Below are positions 59,639 through 64,000 of a stretch of 64,000 nt of DNA, piece after piece. A model generated the notes under the pieces. That model saw only the letters and a program-made list of their open reading frames with translations, had not been told where the DNA came from and did not search any database. The translations under genes were made by a program, and so were the position numbers. Where the stretch lies: sequence record SRR31156797_6573; one strand, 5' to 3'. Every line of letters starts with the position of its first letter. The first letter of the stretch is position 1.

Positions 59639-61036
59639 TTACTCTTGCTGTGGTAGATCTTGTTGTTGTAACTTGGCGTTTTTCAGCGTTCGGTTCAGTA
59701 ATTGGCTGTAAATTGGTTTTCCACCGAGTAACTGAGCAAAAATTACGGCCCCAAGGCAGGTGATGATCAACGGCAAAATTAAGTTGTAGTTATTGGTCAT
59801 TTCTATCACCAATAAAATACCGGTAATCGGTGCTCGAACAGTAGCAGCAAACAGTGCCCCCATACCTGCGATGGCAAACATGCCTGGTTCGATTTCTAGT
59901 TCAGGGAAAAGATTTTTCATTGTTAAGCCAAACGCATAACCAAATAGTGTTCCTAGCGCTAGCATTGGCGCAAAAATACCACCAGGAGCACCTGAACCGA
60001 AACAAACAATCGTTGTGAAAATACGACCGATGAACAACAGCAGTAATAGCGCTGCGCCATAGCTGCCATTGGTGATATCTGGAATGAGGTTGATCCCCCC
60101 ACCAGTAAGTTGTGGAACGTACAACAGCGTTAATCCAAAACAGCCACCGAGTAATGAACCGGTAATTAAATAACGTTTACGCTGGTTTTTATGGATTCGC
60201 ACAAATACATCTTGCGATAAGGTAATCAGGCGATTGAAAACCACGCCAAAGATACCAAACAAAACACCAAGCAATAGAAAAAGCCCTAAAGCAACAATTT
60301 CAGGTGCTTCATAAGTTGGCATAGTAATAACGGCTTCTTGACCGTTAATGAGACGAAAAACAATGTTCGCTGAGACAGCAGAGATGATGACTGCTTTAAT
60401 GGAAATTAATGAGTAGCGGAATTGAGGACGCATCTCTTCAACAACAAACATGATGCCTGCCAGAGGAGCATTGAATGCAGCCGCTAAACCGCCGGCAGCC
60501 CCTGAAGCGAGTAGAGAGTGTCTTGAGTCGTCGTTTTTCAGTCGAAATACATCAGAAATCATACGACCAATAGCACCACCCATTTGTACCGTTGGTCCTT
60601 CACGCCCAAGAACCATACCCGAACCTAACGCCCCCATACCACCAAAGAATTTAACAGGTAATACACGCCACCATCGTACTGGGCGTATGCCATCCATTGC
60701 CCCTTCAATTTCTGGAATACCAGAACCGGCAGCTTCAGGAGCGAAACGGTGAACAAGAAAATAACCGATAAAGGCAAGGCCAGCACTAATCAGGAAAGCC
60801 GCAAGCCATAATGGCAATACATTACCAATTTCGCTTTTTAACCACTCTGTTCGGGTTTCTGAAACTAAATGTACAGCTTTTTCAAAATAAGTCCCTGCAA
60901 TCCCAGCTAGAATGCCAACTATAAGGGATAGAAAAAGCACTGAAATGGGCGTTTTATCCAAAGAGAGAAACTGGTTAATAGCATCTTTTGGTACTTTAGC
61001 TAATAAACTTTTCTTTAACTTCTCTTTTGGGGACAT
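59639..61036 (-). CDS. clcA: H+/Cl- exchange transporter ClcA
   Basis: GSGIP, GREGP, GIFAP, PIY. Confidence 0.95.
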   Translation of the reverse strand: MSPKEKLKKSLLAKVPKDAINQFLSLDKTPISVLFLSLIVGILAGIAGTYFEKAVHLVSETRTEWLKSEIGNVLPLWLAAFLISAGLAFIGYFLVHRFAPEAAGSGIPEIEGAMDGIRPVRWWRVLPVKFFGGMGALGSGMVLGREGPTVQMGGAIGRMISDVFRLKNDDSRHSLLASGAAGGLAAAFNAPLAGIMFVVEEMRPQFRYSLISIKAVIISAVSANIVFRLINGQEAVITMPTYEAPEIVALGLFLLLGVLFGIFGVVFNRLITLSQDVFVRIHKNQRKRYLITGSLLGGCFGLTLLYVPQLTGGGINLIPDITNGSYGAALLLLLFIGRIFTTIVCFGSGAPGGIFAPMLALGTLFGYAFGLTMKNLFPELEIEPGMFAIAGMGALFAATVRAPITGILLVIEMTNNYNLILPLIITCLGAVIFAQLLGGKPIYSQLLNRTLKNAKLQQQDLPQQE

Positions 61037-61418
61037 TTAAAAGGGCCTCATTTTTGGCATGCTAGGGAGATGACGATTATACGCGCCACATAGCTCAACT
61101 ATAGTTGTAAAGTTGCAAATTAGAATTGCAGATATGATTTTCGTGTTGTTCGTATAGGAGACAATGCCGTTGTCATAAAAGTGATCTAGGTAAAAATTTA
61201 ACCAATATTATTACTAGCAAAACTTGTATTTCTCTGGGATTGGACCATATTTAAAGGGTAAGGCATTTATCGAAATTTCTTACGGAGGATGTGAAAGGCC
61301 TTACAGACAATTTGGAAGGAATCAAACAACATTCTACTCGATTTGCCTCGTATTTGATTCTGATTCGCCTAGCTACAGGTGATAGAATCCGCAAACTCAC
61401 GATTGAGTAACGAGGAAT

Positions 61419-61444
61419 AAGGCGCGCTCATGCAGTGCGCCTTT
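61419..61444 (+). terminator. Hairpin/terminator after a possible small transcript
   Basis: AAGGCGC...GCGCCTTT. Confidence 0.5.
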
Positions 61445-61604
61445 ATACATTCTGATGTTCCTATTTTTATCCGCTTACTCTTTCTTTTCCGCTATTAAAG
61501 TCGTATCAACATTCCGTCTAAACATCTGCTCATAGTTTATCGATTGCGAGTATGTAGCAAGCAGTGTGGCTCCTAGGTATACTCCTTGGAAAAGGAGTAG
61601 CACT

Positions 61605-62591
61605 ATGACAAATAAAGTCCCAACCAATATTATTACTGGTTTTCTTGGCGTAGGGAAAACCACAACGATATTGAATCTATTAAAGAATAAGCCAGAAAAT
61701 GAAAAATGGGCTGTTCTGGTTAATGAATTTGGTGAAATTGGTATTGATGGGGCAATGATGTCTGATCAAGGTGCTTTGATTAAAGAAGTACCGGGTGGAT
61801 GTATGTGTTGTACCGCTGGAGTACCTATGTCTGTGGGCATCAATGCCTTGTTACGTCAGAAGCCAGATCGCTTAATCATCGAACCGACAGGTCTTGGACA
61901 TCCTAAGCAGGTTATTGCAACGTTAACTTCTGAACAATACATACCCTACGTGAACCTAAAAGCGACGGTTGGCTTAGTTGATCCACGCAATCTGAGCAAT
62001 GAGAAGTATACTAGCAACCAAAACTTCAATGATCAGTTAGGTGTTGCAGATGTCATCATTGGTAATAAGATTGATGAGTGCACCTCACACGACATTGATG
62101 TATTCAATGACTGGGTTACCGATCAAACGCCTGCGAAGGTGTTCCACAAGTTGGTGACACAAGGGCTGCTACCAATCGAAGTCTTGGACATTGAACGAGT
62201 TCATGGTGGTGCCTCTTCGCATGTTGAATCACATCATCACCATCATGCTGAGATGGAGCCGGAGTTCCAGCTTGATCCTAACCAAGCTTATGCTCGTAAA
62301 GAGAATAAAGGACAGGGCTACTTCAGTTGTGGTTGGTTGTTTGGTGCGGAACACAGTTTTGACTTTGATGAGCTGTTTTCGCTTATCAATGATCTCACTG
62401 CCGAGCGTATTAAAGCGGTGATTAATACCAGTAAAGGTTGTTACGCTTTCAATAAAGCCAATGGTGTGGTGTCAGTCAATGAGTTGAGTTTGGAAGGTTT
62501 TGAATCACGTTTAGAAGTGATCGATTCACAACTTATGCCTTGGGACCAACTTGAAGGTATCTTGCTTAAGCTAGCGGGAATTTCTCAGTAG
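61605..62591 (+). CDS. CobW/COG0523 family metallochaperone GTPase
   Basis: GFLGVGKTT, NEFGE, GCMCC, EPTG, His-rich stretch; AAGGAG RBS. Confidence 0.92.
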   Translation: MTNKVPTNIITGFLGVGKTTTILNLLKNKPENEKWAVLVNEFGEIGIDGAMMSDQGALIKEVPGGCMCCTAGVPMSVGINALLRQKPDRLIIEPTGLGHPKQVIATLTSEQYIPYVNLKATVGLVDPRNLSNEKYTSNQNFNDQLGVADVIIGNKIDECTSHDIDVFNDWVTDQTPAKVFHKLVTQGLLPIEVLDIERVHGGASSHVESHHHHHAEMEPEFQLDPNQAYARKENKGQGYFSCGWLFGAEHSFDFDELFSLINDLTAERIKAVINTSKGCYAFNKANGVVSVNELSLEGFESRLEVIDSQLMPWDQLEGILLKLAGISQ

Positions 62592-62612
62592 TGGCTGCTG
62601 AGGTTGGAACTG

Positions 62613-62645
62613 AAAAGGGCGACATGAGTCGCCCTTAGTTTTTTA
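62613..62645. terminator. Bidirectional terminator
   Basis: AAGGGCGAC-ATGA-GTCGCCCTT flanked by A- and T-runs. Confidence 0.8.
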
Positions 62646-62657
62646 AACAAGAAGATA

Positions 62658-63602
62658 TTAACGCTTGTTACGCAGGTAACGCTTACGACGTTCTTCTTTG
62701 TGTTTGGCTTTTTCTTCTGCTTTACGAGTTTCTTCGATTTCGACATCAATCAGCTCTTGAGTAATCATTTCCGGGTGCTCAAGTGTGATTTGACCGATGA
62801 TTCCTTGACGTAACTCGTGAAGAAGAATTTCGGAAGCTTTGTGCAGATCGACACGACCGCCAGCACGTAACGCGCCACGTTTGCGACCGATCTCTTCCAT
62901 CCACTCTAAATCTGATTCTGGTGATTCTTCAATGTTGTAACGTGCTTTTAATAGCTCAGGATAGCGCTCAGCAAGATACTCAACCGTATAGAATGCCACT
63001 TCGTCGTATTCCATTGCTGTGTCTTTTATCGCCCCAGTTGCCGCTAATCGGAAACCGCTGTGTGGATTTTCCACTTTTGGCCACAAAATTCCAGGGGTGT
63101 CAGAAAGTACAATGCCGTTTTGCAGATTGATACGTTGCTGGCGGCGAGTCACCGCTGGCTGGTTACCCGTTTGTGCAATAGTACGACCGGCTAAGCAGTT
63201 GATAATGGTTGATTTACCAACATTTGGAATGCCCATGATCATGGTGCGAATGTTCTTGCCAAGCGTTTCGCGATTCGGAGCCAGCTTGCGGCACAGTTCC
63301 ATAATCTGCATCACTTCATTTTGGTTTGAAGTGGTAATCGCCATCGCTTTCACACCTTGTTCTTTTTCTAGGTGCTCTATCCAAACCTGAGTCATTTCTG
63401 GGTCAGCTAAGTCACGCTTGTTCAGCACTTTGACACAAGGCTTTTCCTTACGAAGTTTGGAGATCAGAGGGTTTTCACTACTAAAAGGAATGCGAGCATC
63501 CAAGACTTCAATGATGACATCAACTTGAGGGATGACTTCTTCGATTTCCTTACGTGCTTTATGCATATGCCCAGGAAACCACTGAATTTTGTTGTTAACC
63601 AT
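62658..63602 (-). CDS. ylqF: Ribosome biogenesis GTPase YlqF/RbgA
   Basis: IQWFPGHM, DARIP, NKRD, GIPNVGKS, DTPG. Confidence 0.95.
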   Translation of the reverse strand: MVNNKIQWFPGHMHKARKEIEEVIPQVDVIIEVLDARIPFSSENPLISKLRKEKPCVKVLNKRDLADPEMTQVWIEHLEKEQGVKAMAITTSNQNEVMQIMELCRKLAPNRETLGKNIRTMIMGIPNVGKSTIINCLAGRTIAQTGNQPAVTRRQQRINLQNGIVLSDTPGILWPKVENPHSGFRLAATGAIKDTAMEYDEVAFYTVEYLAERYPELLKARYNIEESPESDLEWMEEIGRKRGALRAGGRVDLHKASEILLHELRQGIIGQITLEHPEMITQELIDVEIEETRKAEEKAKHKEERRKRYLRNKR

Positions 63603-63843
63603 TTGAATTTATTGCCTTAATATTCATCCAAATCTACACAATCCAAATTTAGATGATTATTGGTTAATTTAATGGCCGACATTGTACGCGAGATCGCTAG
63701 TTGTATCCAATTTGTCAGTATTCCAGGGGGACTGATAGTTTGGACCTTGGCTAACAGTTATTAACCAAGGCAGGGTTATTGAAGGTTACGATCGACAAAC
63801 GAAATTAGTTTGCCTTTAGGGGCATTTTTAATCGATTTCTAGC

Positions 63844-63999
63844 CTACTCAGCATCTTTAGCTAGTCGGAAACCAAGATCTGCCATCACGACGGATTGGCT
63901 GACACTATCGCGACGGAAATTTTCGGATTCGTCCGCGCCAAAAGAGTAGCTTCCTCCGCGTACTGCTTTTTGAGCTAGCGTTGCCTTTTCATCTTTGGC
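63844..63999 (-). CDS. C-terminus of a formylglycine-generating enzyme (SUMF1/FGE-sulfatase) family protein, truncated by the window edge
   Basis: Manual translation ...KAVRGGSYSF...DLGFRLAKDAE*; not in the ORF track. Confidence 0.75.
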   Translation of the reverse strand, partial: AKDEKATLAQKAVRGGSYSFGADESENFRRDSVSQSVVMADLGFRLAKDAE

Positions 64000-64000
64000 G

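Noticed and set aside
12179-63390. Many 60-140 aa ORFs antisense or off-frame inside long genes
   Set aside because: Shadow ORFs of well-supported coding sequences with no independent motifs
1-64000. CRISPR array, tRNA/rRNA, IS or transposase, retron RT
   Set aside because: No regularly spaced repeats, RNA-gene signatures, transposase or reverse transcriptase ORFs seen

Overview
The window looks like a Vibrio secondary-chromosome segment (inferred from the gene set and synteny: nrdDG, fruBKA/cra, sbcCD, arfB, clcA, ylqF). Bases ~1.3-11.7 kb are a visibly AT-rich accessory defence island. Its centrepiece is a tightly coupled six-gene minus-strand operon: thymidylate-synthase-fold enzyme (probable dUMP hydroxymethylase), dNMP-kinase-like P-loop protein, 5-hmdU DNA kinase-like helical protein (aGPT-Pplase1 family), ThsB-like TIR, Nmad2, and ThsA (SIR2-SLOG). 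This joins a phage-type thymine-modification pathway to a Thoeris TIR/NADase module, a combination I do not recognise as a characterised system. Divergent from it is a second TIR gene broken by two in-frame TAA codons and coupled to a membrane-protein gene, followed by two integron cassettes with attC sites but no integrase in the window. The rest is mostly ordinary backbone, including a sulfane-sulfur/RND cluster, nrdDG, a LytTR-linked Lol-like ABC cluster, a sigma54-type ABC uptake/catabolic cluster, the fructose PTS operon and c-di-GMP enzymes. All family assignments come from motif recognition by eye; no database searches were run.
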